Shown here: positions 9,429-18,545 of the stretch, piece after piece
Layout: each line of letters begins with the position of its first letter
Position numbering within the stretch: the first letter of the stretch is position 1
Assembly: GCA_009843735.1 (NCBI GenBank)
Contig: VYCW01000051.1
Location: 7,964 to 71,963, forward strand
Source of the DNA: Acidimicrobiaceae bacterium
GTDB taxonomy: Bacteria; Actinomycetota; Acidimicrobiia; Acidimicrobiales; Aldehydirespiratoraceae
DNA: 64,000 nucleotides
Reading direction: 5' to 3'
Translations under genes and position numbers: made by a program
The notes under the pieces: model-generated
Databases searched by the model: none
The model's input: the letters and a program-made list of their open reading frames with translations, nothing else
What the model was told of the DNA's origin: nothing

Positions 9429-10700
9429 GTGGCGATCGAGCGGATAGTCGTGCGCTCCGGCCGGCCGCTGGAAGGAACCGTTACCGTGGCCGGGGCCAAG
9501 AACTCGGTGCTCAAGCTCATGGCGGCCACGCTGCTGTCCGAAGGCCTCTACCGCCTCACCAACGTGCCCCGCATCGTCGATGTGGACCTCATGGCCGAGC
9601 TCCTGCGGGCCGTGGGCTGCACCGTCGAGTGGGATCCGACCGAGGAGGCGGCGATCCGCATCGACGTGCCCGCGGAGATCACCCCGGTGGCTCCCTACGA
9701 CATCGTGGAGCGGTTCCGGGCTTCGGTCGTGGTGCTCGGACCCATGCTGGCCCGCTGCGGCGAGGCCCGAGTGGCCCTGCCCGGGGGCGACGACTTCGGT
9801 CCCCGGCCCATCGACATGCACGTGAGCGGCCTCGTCGAGCTGGGCGCGCAGGTCGACGTGGTGCACGGCTACATCGAGGCCTCCGCAGCCGAGCTGCTCG
9901 GAGGCCGGGTGGTGCTCGAGTTCCCCAGCGTGGGAGCGACCGAGAACCTGCTGATGGCCGCAGTGGCGGCCAAGGGCGCCACCGTGATCGACAACGCGGC
10001 CCGCGAGCCGGAGATATCCGACCTCTGCCAGTTCCTGGTCCGCATGGGCGCCCGCATTTCGGGCGCCGGCTCGTCCACGCTCGTGGTCGAGGGGGCCGGC
10101 ACGGTTCAGTACCTTCGGGCCGCGGATCATTCGGTCGTTCCCGACCGGATAGTGGCGGCCACCTACCTGGCCGCGCTGGGCGTGGCGTCGGGCGAGGTGT
10201 TCGTGGCCGGCGCCCGCCACGACCACATGGAGCTGCTCTGCCAGAAGCTGACCGAGATGGGGATGGTGATCACCCCCGACGACGGAGGCATCCGGGCCAT
10301 CGCGCCCCGCCGACTCGACTCGGTCGACTGCTCCACGCTGCCCTACCCGGGTGTGGCCACCGACTACCTGCCGTTCCTGGTGGCGATGCTGGCGACCGCC
10401 TCCGGCGTCGGGATCGTCACCGAGAACCTGTTCCCGGGCCGGTTCCGCTACGTGGATGAGCTGCGCCGCATGGGCGCCGACATCCGCACCGACTCCCACC
10501 ATGCCGTGGTGCGGGGCGTGGAGCGGCTCTCGGGGGCTCCGGTCAGGGCGCACGACATACGGGCCGGCGCCGCGCTCGCCGTCGCCGGGCTGGGGGCGGA
10601 GGGCACCACGGTGGTGAGCGAAGCGCATCACGTGGCTCGCGGCTACGAGAACCTGGCCGGCGATCTGGCGTCGCTCGGCGCCGACGTGAGGGCCGAATAG
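9429..10700 (+). CDS. murA: UDP-N-acetylglucosamine 1-carboxyvinyltransferase, Asp-type active site
   Basis: 423 aa with GAKNSVLKLMAATLL. The active-site loop LPGGDDFGPRPIDMH has Asp121 (9789-9791) where E. coli has Cys115. Confidence 0.95.
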   Translation: MAIERIVVRSGRPLEGTVTVAGAKNSVLKLMAATLLSEGLYRLTNVPRIVDVDLMAELLRAVGCTVEWDPTEEAAIRIDVPAEITPVAPYDIVERFRASVVVLGPMLARCGEARVALPGGDDFGPRPIDMHVSGLVELGAQVDVVHGYIEASAAELLGGRVVLEFPSVGATENLLMAAVAAKGATVIDNAAREPEISDLCQFLVRMGARISGAGSSTLVVEGAGTVQYLRAADHSVVPDRIVAATYLAALGVASGEVFVAGARHDHMELLCQKLTEMGMVITPDDGGIRAIAPRRLDSVDCSTLPYPGVATDYLPFLVAMLATASGVGIVTENLFPGRFRYVDELRRMGADIRTDSHHAVVRGVERLSGAPVRAHDIRAGAALAVAGLGAEGTTVVSEAHHVARGYENLAGDLASLGADVRAE

Positions 10701-10719
10701 ACCGGAAGCGAGCGCCAAG

Positions 10720-10866
10720 TCAGTCCTCGTCGGCCGGTGCGGTCTCCGACTGCTTGACCGCCCGCCGCTTCGCGTGCCAGACGATGCCGGCGAACAGCAG
10801 CACCGGGCAGGCCACCAGCAGCGCCTCGTCCCATCCACCCTGATGCGCCAGCACCGCCAAGCCCAT
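10720..10866 (-). CDS. Possible 48-aa small membrane protein
   Basis: This ORF is below the track's length cutoff. Hand translation gives MGLAVLAHQGGWDEALLVACPVLLFAGIVWHAKRRAVKQSETAPADED: one hydrophobic helix followed by a basic then acidic tail. I cannot test for homologues. Confidence 0.3.
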   Translation of the reverse strand: MGLAVLAHQGGWDEALLVACPVLLFAGIVWHAKRRAVKQSETAPADED

Positions 10867-10969
10867 CCCGCGAGCCTACGAGGCCGCCGGAGGCCAGTGC
10901 GGGGCGCGGCCCCGGACTCCTGGGGCGACCGGGGTCGGAGTTGGGGCCGGGCGCTGCGAGACTGGGCCC

Positions 10970-11230
10970 GTGCGGGCCGAAGTGGAGAAGATCATCAAGA
11001 TCATCCGGCCGGCCATCCAGGCCGACGAGGGCGACATCAGCCTCATAGAGGTCGACGAGGCGACCGGCGTCGTCACCGTCGAGCTCTTCGGCGCCTGCGT
11101 CACCTGCCCGGCGTCCACCCAGACCCTCAAGGCGGGCATCGAGCGGATCATGCGCGACCGGGTGCCGGGCGTGACCGAGGTGGTTGAGGTGAACGCCCTG
11201 GGCATGAGCGAGACGTTCGTCTCGCTCTGA
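10970..11230 (+). CDS. NifU-like (Nfu C-terminal domain) Fe-S cluster scaffold/carrier
   Basis: 86 aa with IRPAIQADEGDISLIEV and the CxxC motif GACVTCPAS. Confidence 0.8.
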   Translation: MRAEVEKIIKIIRPAIQADEGDISLIEVDEATGVVTVELFGACVTCPASTQTLKAGIERIMRDRVPGVTEVVEVNALGMSETFVSL

Positions 11231-11249
11231 GCACCAGGGAGGCGCCGGC

Positions 11250-13082
11250 TCAGCGGCCGTGGTGCTCGGCCAGGTTGAGGGCGTTCTCGATCAGGCCGAG
11301 GTGGCTGTACGCCTGCGGGAAGTTGCCCCGGGCCTCGCCGGTGACAGGGTCGTACTCCTCCGACATCAGTCCGGTCGGCCCCGCCAGGGCCGCATAGTCG
11401 TCGAACAGGGCGCGGGCGCCGTCGAGGTCGCCGATGAGGATCTTGGCGTCGATGAGCCACGACGTCATCAGGTTGAAGCCGCTGGGCGTGCCGGGCAGCC
11501 CGTCACGGCCCCGGTAGCGGTAGACGGTGGGACCGATCCTCAGCTGGGACTCGATGGCCTCGACGGTCGCGCTCAAGCGGGGATCGGTGGGCGCCACGAG
11601 GCCCGACAGGCCCACGGCCAGCACGGCCGAGTCCAGGTCGGTGCTGCCGTAGGCGGCGGTGAACGAGCCCACCTCGGGGTTCCAGCCCTCGGAGAGGATC
11701 TCTGCCGCGATCCTGTCGCGTAGCTGCTCCCATTCCGGCATGATGCGACCGAACACGCTCCTGGCCACGGCGATCCCGCGATCGACGGCCATCCAGCACA
11801 TGGCCTTGGAGTGGACGTGATGGCGGGGCGCGGCCCTTATCTCCCAGATGCCCTGATCCGGCTCTTGCCAGCGCAGGCTCACCGCGGCCACCAGTTGCTC
11901 AACCAGGTGCCAGTGGGGCTCGTCGAGAGGCGCTCCCGCCCGGCCCAACCGCCAGACCAACTCCGTGATCGGGCCGAACACGTCGGTCTGGGCCTGCTGC
12001 TCGGCCGCGTTGCCGATCCGCACCGGATGGCTGCCCCCGTAGCCCGGCAGGTGCGGGTCGAAGTGCTCGGGAGGCAGAGCGCCGCCGTCGACGGTGTAGA
12101 TGGGGGCCAGATGATCGAGGTCGGCGCCACCGACCTCGATGAGCTGAAGCAGCCAGCCGAGCAGGTCCATGGCCTCGCGGGTCGAGCCCAGGCGCACCAG
12201 CGTGCTCGCCGCCATCGACGCATCCCGCATCCAGCAGTAGCGGTAGTCCCAGTTCCGGGACCCTCCCAACTCCTGGGGCAGGCTGGTGGTGGGGGCGGCG
12301 ACGATCGCGCCCGTCGGGCCGTGGCACAGCGCCTTGAGCACCAGGGCGGAATGCCGCACGAGATCGGTCTGGAGCGGCGGGAGGGTCAGGCCGCCGGCCC
12401 AGGTGCTCCAGTGCTCGATGGTGGCCGAGCGCCGCTCCGGTTCCGGTGTCGAGTCGTCGCCCGCGCCGGGGCCGCAGAGCAGCTCCAGCACGACCGGCCC
12501 CGCCGACAGGTCCACGTCGGCTCGGGCGGTGTCGTTGCCGCCGTTTGACTCGATACGCCATCGCAGGCCCGGCGACCGCAGGCCCATCTTGGCCGAGTCG
12601 TCGCCGCGCAGGTCGATCCCGCGGTGGCTGCGCTCCAGCCGTGTCGCCTCCGAGCCCGAACGGGGCGCGAACTCGACGACGGCGCGTCCTGAGCCCACCA
12701 GCACCCGAAGCAGGCGGCTCCGTCCGGCGGGCTCTGCCGGCAGTCCCCCGGAGCAGTCGAGGTAGTCGGTGACGCTCATGTCCTCCCACGACGTCTCCAG
12801 CACCATGGAGTCGTCGATGTAGCGCTGCCCCGGGCGACGGCCGGGATCGGCGGGGCCTACCGCGAAGTAACCGGCGGGCGGGCCGCCGAGCAGCTCGGCC
12901 ATCAGCGGATTCGAGTCGACTCGGGGACAGCAGAGCCAGACCACGCGGGCGTCGGGCGTCACGAGGGCCGCGGTGCGCTGATCCGACAGCAGCGAGTGCT
13001 GCTCGATGGGCACCACCGGCGAGGGTGCCGAGTCCGAGGAACGGCCACGCGCTGGACTCGGCTGACGGGCGGAACCGCTCAC
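11250..13082 (-). CDS. Glycoside hydrolase family 15 (glucoamylase/trehalase-like)
   Basis: The N-terminal block IEQHSLLSDQRTAALVTPDARVVWLCCPRVDS and the catalytic-domain block NWDYRYCWMRDAS are typical of GH15. The track ORF reaches 13319, but I chose the GTG at 13082-13080 so that the Arg-rich, non-homologous leader is excluded. The start remains uncertain. Confidence 0.8.
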   Translation of the reverse strand: MSGSARQPSPARGRSSDSAPSPVVPIEQHSLLSDQRTAALVTPDARVVWLCCPRVDSNPLMAELLGGPPAGYFAVGPADPGRRPGQRYIDDSMVLETSWEDMSVTDYLDCSGGLPAEPAGRSRLLRVLVGSGRAVVEFAPRSGSEATRLERSHRGIDLRGDDSAKMGLRSPGLRWRIESNGGNDTARADVDLSAGPVVLELLCGPGAGDDSTPEPERRSATIEHWSTWAGGLTLPPLQTDLVRHSALVLKALCHGPTGAIVAAPTTSLPQELGGSRNWDYRYCWMRDASMAASTLVRLGSTREAMDLLGWLLQLIEVGGADLDHLAPIYTVDGGALPPEHFDPHLPGYGGSHPVRIGNAAEQQAQTDVFGPITELVWRLGRAGAPLDEPHWHLVEQLVAAVSLRWQEPDQGIWEIRAAPRHHVHSKAMCWMAVDRGIAVARSVFGRIMPEWEQLRDRIAAEILSEGWNPEVGSFTAAYGSTDLDSAVLAVGLSGLVAPTDPRLSATVEAIESQLRIGPTVYRYRGRDGLPGTPSGFNLMTSWLIDAKILIGDLDGARALFDDYAALAGPTGLMSEEYDPVTGEARGNFPQAYSHLGLIENALNLAEHHGR

Positions 13083-13126
13083 GGGCCGGACGTTAGTGGC
13101 CGTCTGCGCCGCTACGGTGCCGGGCC

Positions 13127-14062
13127 GTGAGCGAGATGCCCGAGGTGGTGGAACGGCCCCCCGAGCGCCGCTGCTACCGGCACCCCGATCGGCGCGGCGG
13201 CGTCTCCTGCCAGCGTTGCGACCGACCGATCTGCCCGGACTGCATGCACCAGGCGTCGGTCGGGTTCCACTGTCCCGAGTGCACCACCGGGCGGGGCGCC
13301 CGACCGGTGACGGTGTCACCCATGATGGTGGCGCGCTCGTCGCGGCCGAGGGTCACCCAGTTGCTGCTGGGCCTGAACGCGCTGGCCTACCTCTACTCGA
13401 TCGTCCTGACCGGCTCGGCCAGGGGAATAACCCGTCTCGACCAAACACTGCTGGTCGACGGAGGCCTGTTCGCTCGGGCCCGGCTCTTCGACGGCAGTTC
13501 CGTCAGATTGATCGGAGTCGACACCGGCGAGTACTACCGGCTGGTCACCGCCGCGTTCCTGCACGACGGGATCTTCCACCTGGCATTCAACATGTACATC
13601 CTCTGGATCCTCGGCTACATGCTCGAGGGGGGCTTCGGGAAGGCCCGGTTCCTGACGCTGTACGTGGTATCGATGCTGGGCGGTTCGTTCGGGGTGCTGC
13701 TGCTATCGCCGAACTCGCCGACCGTGGGCGCCTCGGGGGCAGTGTTCGGCCTGATGGGTGCGACGGTGCTGATGCATCGGGCCATCGGGGGCAGCATCTG
13801 GCGCTCGCCACTGGCCCCGCTGCTGATGATCAACGTCGTCTTCACGCTGCTCATCCCGCGGGTGTCCATCGGCGGCCACTTCGGCGGACTGATCGCGGGC
13901 GCGCTCATGGGTGCGGTGATGATGTCCTTCGAGCGCCGCAATGCTCCTCGGTGGGTGACGGTGGCTCTGGGCGGCATGCTGTCGGCGCTCCTCGTGCTCG
14001 GATCGGTCCTCGCCCTGCCACTGCGGGACCTGATCTCCGACGTGGTGGACCTGGTCGCATAG
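13127..14062 (+). CDS. Rhomboid-family intramembrane serine protease with an N-terminal zinc-ribbon
   Basis: It has CYRHP...CQRCDRPICPDC...CPEC (4x Cys pairs), a rhomboid GASGAVFGLMG (GxSG) and a downstream GHFGGLIAG (catalytic His). Confidence 0.85.
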   Translation: MSEMPEVVERPPERRCYRHPDRRGGVSCQRCDRPICPDCMHQASVGFHCPECTTGRGARPVTVSPMMVARSSRPRVTQLLLGLNALAYLYSIVLTGSARGITRLDQTLLVDGGLFARARLFDGSSVRLIGVDTGEYYRLVTAAFLHDGIFHLAFNMYILWILGYMLEGGFGKARFLTLYVVSMLGGSFGVLLLSPNSPTVGASGAVFGLMGATVLMHRAIGGSIWRSPLAPLLMINVVFTLLIPRVSIGGHFGGLIAGALMGAVMMSFERRNAPRWVTVALGGMLSALLVLGSVLALPLRDLISDVVDLVA

Positions 14063-14115
14063 AGAGGGTCCAGCGAGCGCCGGGTGCCGGATAGGCGCCC
14101 GCGTAGGATGGCAGG

Positions 14116-15297
14116 GTGGCTGAGCCGTCCGGAGCGCCGGAGACCTACCTCGACCACGCCGCGTCCACGCCGCTGAGGCCCGCGGCCCGCGACGCCTGGC
14201 TGGCCGCCGCGGAGAGGCATCACGCCAACCCGACCGGATCTCACCTGGCCGCCAGGGAGGCTCGCCGGGCGCTGGACGAGGCCCGCAGCCGGGCCGCGTC
14301 CGTCCTCGGGGCCGACCCCGGCGAGATCGTGTTCACGTCGGGAGGCAGCGAGGCCGACAACATGGCTGTGCGGGGCGCGCTCGGGCTCCGGGGCTCCGGG
14401 GCTGCGGTGACCACCGAGGCCGAGCACCACGCCGTCCACGATCCGGTTGAACGCTCCGGAGGAGTCTTTGTGGGCGTGGACGAGCGCGGCATCGTCGGCC
14501 TCGACGCGCTGGCTGATGTGCTGGGTGCCCGCAACGGTGACGTCGCGGTGGTCTCGGTGATCGCGGTCAACAACGAGACCGGCTCGATCACACCACTGCC
14601 CGAAGTGGCCCGGGTGGTTCGCGACCTCGCCCCCGGAGCGCTGCTGCACACCGACGCCGTCCAGGCCGTGAACTGGATTGATGTGGCCGCCGAGACCGCC
14701 GGCTACGACCTCGTGTCGGTCACCGGGCACAAGGTGGGCTCGCCGGTGGGAACCGGGGTGCTGGTGGTGCGCGACGGCGTGGAACTCGACCCGCTGATCG
14801 TTGGGGGCGGTCAGGAGCGGGGCCGGCGGGCCGGCACGCCTGACGTGGCCGGAGCGGTGTCGTTCGCGGCTGCGCTGGTCGAGACCACCGAGCAGCGTGA
14901 CGCCAGTGTCGAGCGGCTCCGCGTCCTGCGGGATGCCCTGATCGACGGCTTGACGGACCGGCTCGGCGACCGGGTGCTGGTCTCGGCGGCCCGGACCAAC
15001 GGTGATCGCGGCCACATCGCGGCGGGCATCGCCAACGTGTGCATCGCCGGGGTGCAGAGCGAGGCACTGCTGTTCCTGATGGACGCGGCCGGGGTGCGGG
15101 CCTCAGCCGCCTCGTCATGTTCCAGCGGTGCCCAGGACCCGTCACATGTGCTGGCCGCCATGGGGGTTCCCCGCGAGGTCGCCCTGGGGTCGCTGCGGCT
15201 GTCGCTCGGCCACACCAGCGTCGCCACCGACGTGGAGCGGGCCGTGGAGGTCATCGCAGCGTCGGTCGAGCGACTCGACCGCTTCGAGGGCGGCTGA
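14116..15297 (+). CDS. iscS: Cysteine desulfurase (class V aminotransferase, IscS/NifS-like)
   Basis: The PLP-lysine context is SVTGHKVGSPVGTG and the C-terminal loop has SSCSSG. It lies directly upstream of mnmA, as in other actinobacteria. Confidence 0.85.
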   Translation: MAEPSGAPETYLDHAASTPLRPAARDAWLAAAERHHANPTGSHLAAREARRALDEARSRAASVLGADPGEIVFTSGGSEADNMAVRGALGLRGSGAAVTTEAEHHAVHDPVERSGGVFVGVDERGIVGLDALADVLGARNGDVAVVSVIAVNNETGSITPLPEVARVVRDLAPGALLHTDAVQAVNWIDVAAETAGYDLVSVTGHKVGSPVGTGVLVVRDGVELDPLIVGGGQERGRRAGTPDVAGAVSFAAALVETTEQRDASVERLRVLRDALIDGLTDRLGDRVLVSAARTNGDRGHIAAGIANVCIAGVQSEALLFLMDAAGVRASAASSCSSGAQDPSHVLAAMGVPREVALGSLRLSLGHTSVATDVERAVEVIAASVERLDRFEGG

Positions 15298-15298
15298 G

Positions 15299-16372
15299 GT
15301 GGCCGGGTCGTCGCCACACGCCCGCGGCAACCGGGTTCTGGTGGCCATGTCGGGCGGGGTGGACTCGTCGGTGGCCGCGGCCTTGCTGCAGGAGGCCGGC
15401 TACGACGTGGCCGGGGTCACCATGAAGCTGTGGGGCGGTCCAAGCGACACCGGCTGCTGCTCGGTGTCGGACGTGGACGACGCCCGCTGGGTGGCCGACC
15501 AGCTCGGCGTCGAGCATCACGTCTTCAACTTCGGCGACGACTTCGAGCGTCACGTCGTGGAGCCGTACGTGGCCGACCACGCCGCGGGCCGCACCCCGAA
15601 TCCGTGCGTGGAGTGCAACCGCCACATCAAGTTCCGCCGGCTGCTGCGCCGGGCCGACGCGCTCGGGTTCGAACTGGTAGCCACCGGCCACCACGCCCGC
15701 ATCGTGGCCACCGCCAACGGTCCCCGGATCGGGCGGGGCGTCGATGCGGCCAAGGACCAGTCCTACGTGCTGCACATGCTCGACGCCCCGGCGTTGGACC
15801 GGCTGCTGCTGCCGGTGGGGGAGATGACCAAGGACGAGGTGCGGCGCCACGCCGAGGCTCGGGGTCTGGTCACGGCATCAAAGCCCGACAGCCAGGACGT
15901 CTGCTTCATCACCTCGTCGTCCGGTCGCCGGAAGTTCCTCAGCGAGCGCATCCCGATGCGTGCGGGGAGGGTGGTCGACACCGCGGGCCAACAGGTCGGC
16001 ACGGTCGAGTCGCTCGAGCTGGTGACGGTCGGCCAGCGCCGGGGACTCGGCGCTATAGGCGACGGGTCGCCCCGCTACGTGCTGGACGTGGATGCCGACT
16101 CGGCCACAGTCACGGTGGGGGACCGGGCTGCACTCGACTGCCCGATCACGCCCCTGGAGGACTGGCGCTGGGCGAACGGGCCAGTGGAGGGTCCCCTGCG
16201 GGTGCAGACCTCAGCCCATGGCGTCGCAGCGGCGGCCACGATCGACGGCGACGGCACCGCAGTGCACTGGGCCGATCCCCGCCGGGCAGTGGCTCCCGGC
16301 CAGAGCGTCGTCGCCTACGCAGGCGATCTCGTGGTCGGCGGCGGCACCGCCGCCCGGCCTAGCGGCCGTTGA
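15299..16372 (+). CDS. mnmA: tRNA-specific 2-thiouridylase
   Basis: It has the PP-loop VAMSGGVDSSVAA plus NPCVECNRHIKF and KDQSYVL blocks. I trimmed the track ORF (15128) to the in-frame GTG at 15299, 1 nt after the iscS stop. Confidence 0.9.
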   Translation: MAGSSPHARGNRVLVAMSGGVDSSVAAALLQEAGYDVAGVTMKLWGGPSDTGCCSVSDVDDARWVADQLGVEHHVFNFGDDFERHVVEPYVADHAAGRTPNPCVECNRHIKFRRLLRRADALGFELVATGHHARIVATANGPRIGRGVDAAKDQSYVLHMLDAPALDRLLLPVGEMTKDEVRRHAEARGLVTASKPDSQDVCFITSSSGRRKFLSERIPMRAGRVVDTAGQQVGTVESLELVTVGQRRGLGAIGDGSPRYVLDVDADSATVTVGDRAALDCPITPLEDWRWANGPVEGPLRVQTSAHGVAAAATIDGDGTAVHWADPRRAVAPGQSVVAYAGDLVVGGGTAARPSGR

Positions 16373-17333
16373 TGACAGCAGAGGAGAACAGCCGCAGGCC
16401 TGTCATCGTGTGCTGGTAGTCGACCGTGTCAATCGTGTCGATGCAGATGATCATCTCGTCGATCCCTAGAGCATCGGTGGAGTCATGCGCCCACTGGTGC
16501 AGGCCGTCTAGCGGGCCAACATACGAGTGGATCCAATGGTCGAGTTCGTGACGGAGCACCGAGGGTTCCATGCCGATCTGGCCGGCGCGGCGATCGATCG
16601 CGGCGTACCGCTCGTCAACGGTGCCGATCGGGTCGTCGGTCAACAGGACCGTGCACATCCGGCTGATCACCAGATCGTCGCCGCGACGCCCAAGCGCGTC
16701 GGCCGTACGGCGAGTAGCGCGGGCGATCTCAGCGGTCCTGGCGTTGCCCCTGGATAACACATTGACGCGGTCTGCGAAGCGGGCGGCCAGAGCCACCATC
16801 CTGGGCTTCTCAGCCGCCAGAAGGATCTCTGGGCCGCCGCTACGTGGTGGCTTCGGCTCGCAGACACCTCCGGAGATCGAGTAGTAGTCGCCCTCGAAGT
16901 CGGTCCGGGTCTGGGTCCACAGCGATCGCAAGATCTCGAGTTCTTCTCCGAGCATGGCGACCCGCTCACGGGCGCTCGGGAACTCGATCCCCAGGGACCG
17001 CTGCTGCTCCGGCGCGTTTCCCGCGCCCATGCCAACGATCATCCGGCCACCACTCAGCAGATCCGCAGTAGAGGTGATCTTCGCGAACAGGCCGGGATGA
17101 CGCCTCCCCACCGGCGACACCAGCGAGCCGAGACGCAGGTGCCTTGTGCGCATCGCCATCGCCGGGAGCATCGTCCAAGGCTCGAAGGTGCCCACATCGA
17201 TGTTCGCTTGATGCGCGAAGATGTCGTCACCGATATAGCAGGCGTGGAAGCCGAGCGACTCGATCTCCGCAGCCGCGTCCAGATACTCGGCGACGGTCCA
17301 GCCCCATCCCACCAGCAGAACCGACGGGAGCAT
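16359..17333 (-). CDS. Luciferase-like monooxygenase (LLM) class flavin/F420-dependent oxidoreductase
   Basis: The LLM blocks are RLGSLVSPVGRRHPGLFAK and GGRMIVGMGAGN. The start was trimmed to the ATG at 17333-17331, 1 nt downstream of the stop of the preceding gene. This is the last gene of the minus-strand operon. Confidence 0.8.
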   Translation of the reverse strand: MLPSVLLVGWGWTVAEYLDAAAEIESLGFHACYIGDDIFAHQANIDVGTFEPWTMLPAMAMRTRHLRLGSLVSPVGRRHPGLFAKITSTADLLSGGRMIVGMGAGNAPEQQRSLGIEFPSARERVAMLGEELEILRSLWTQTRTDFEGDYYSISGGVCEPKPPRSGGPEILLAAEKPRMVALAARFADRVNVLSRGNARTAEIARATRRTADALGRRGDDLVISRMCTVLLTDDPIGTVDERYAAIDRRAGQIGMEPSVLRHELDHWIHSYVGPLDGLHQWAHDSTDALGIDEMIICIDTIDTVDYQHTMTGLRLFSSAVINGR

Positions 17334-17334
17334 C

Positions 17335-18534
17335 TCAGGCCGTCCCGTCTGCGAGCAGGTCGTCAAGGATCCGGTTGGCGAACAGGTATTGGGGCTCGTC
17401 CCAGAACGGCGCGTAGAACCCCCGGTCACGAGCGGGAGAGCGCCGTGACCGCTGTATGGCCTCCATCACCGCCGCGTCTTCCTCGGCAGCCTGAGCGAAT
17501 AGCTCGTCGGCAGCTCGACGCCTCGGCGCGTAGTCCGAGGTGGCGGCCTGCTTGCGCACCAGGGTCGCTCCCCGGACCCGGGTGCGATCGGGCGCCTCGG
17601 GGAACTGGATCACGGGGGCTATCAGGGTGTCCATCACCGCCACCGAGAGGTTCGGGTAGCTCTGCAGGAAGAAGCCCCGCTCGGGCCTGCTGTTCCGGCC
17701 TATGTGGGGCAGGTCGATGGGCGGGTAGGTCGCCGTCACGTCTGACTCGGCGTAACTGAAGCCAAAGACGTTGCCGGTCGAGACCACCTCGAACTTGGGA
17801 GTACCGTCCGGGCCGACCCTGGGAATCTCCGGAGAAGCGGCGTACATGGCGTGCGTGAACGATTCGTGCAGGATGTTCAGGCAGTCGTTGTCAGCGAAGG
17901 TCTTCCAGTTTGTGGCCAGTACTGACTCGAACACGTCGATCTGTCCCGACTCGTCGGTTGCCGTGCCTAGATCGTCGAGGTCGAATTCGTGCAGGAGCTC
18001 CTCGAAGGATCCGATGTAACTGGAGAAATCGGGTGACCGGGAGCCGGCGCTTACGAACACGACTCCGAGGGACACATCGCACGCGATTCCCTTGAGGTCT
18101 CGATGCTGCATGGGGACAGCGGGGAGACCATTGCCGGGAGGCCCCGCCCAGTAAGGCGCGTCGATGAGCCGCCCTTCGAGGTCGTAGCGCCATCCGTGAT
18201 AGGCCACACGCAAGTCAGCCGCCTGCTTCACCGGCGCGGTGACCACTGGGCAGCCGTCGTAGGCGCACACATTGTGGAACGCCCTAATCCGGCCGTCGGA
18301 GCCCTTCACCACGAAGATCGGCAGGCCGCACACGTCGATTGGCATCGCATCGCCGACGTGAGCGAGTTCGTCGGCGAAGCACGCCGCGAGCCAGTTCCGC
18401 TCGACGATGCACTCCTGCTCCAGGGCGAAGAAGTCGGCCGCGGTGAACGCCCGCCGGGGAAACGTCCTGGCCTCACCAATGGGCCGGCGAATCGCTTCCG
18501 TTTCGGCTTGGGTGAGAAGGTGTGCGGTGCCCAT
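17335..18534 (-). CDS. Rieske-type ring-hydroxylating oxygenase alpha-subunit homologue with non-canonical Rieske ligands
   Basis: The start was trimmed to MGTAHLL (ATG 18534-18532). The Rieske region reads FHNVCAYDGC...VAYHGWRYDLEGRL, against the canonical C-x-H...C-x-x-H. The catalytic domain keeps NWK...D and the HESFTH 2-His pattern. Confidence 0.75.
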   Translation of the reverse strand: MGTAHLLTQAETEAIRRPIGEARTFPRRAFTAADFFALEQECIVERNWLAACFADELAHVGDAMPIDVCGLPIFVVKGSDGRIRAFHNVCAYDGCPVVTAPVKQAADLRVAYHGWRYDLEGRLIDAPYWAGPPGNGLPAVPMQHRDLKGIACDVSLGVVFVSAGSRSPDFSSYIGSFEELLHEFDLDDLGTATDESGQIDVFESVLATNWKTFADNDCLNILHESFTHAMYAASPEIPRVGPDGTPKFEVVSTGNVFGFSYAESDVTATYPPIDLPHIGRNSRPERGFFLQSYPNLSVAVMDTLIAPVIQFPEAPDRTRVRGATLVRKQAATSDYAPRRRAADELFAQAAEEDAAVMEAIQRSRRSPARDRGFYAPFWDEPQYLFANRILDDLLADGTA

Positions 18535-18545
18535 CGCGTCTCCTG

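Noticed and set aside
7740-10838. Long ORFs 7740..9131(-), 7760..8725(+), 8840..10459(+) and 9414..10838(-), which overlap the MFS and murA genes.
   Set aside because: They are alternative-frame or antisense ORFs with Arg/Pro/Gly-dominated composition. The MFS and MurA frames carry diagnostic motifs, and two real proteins cannot share these regions.
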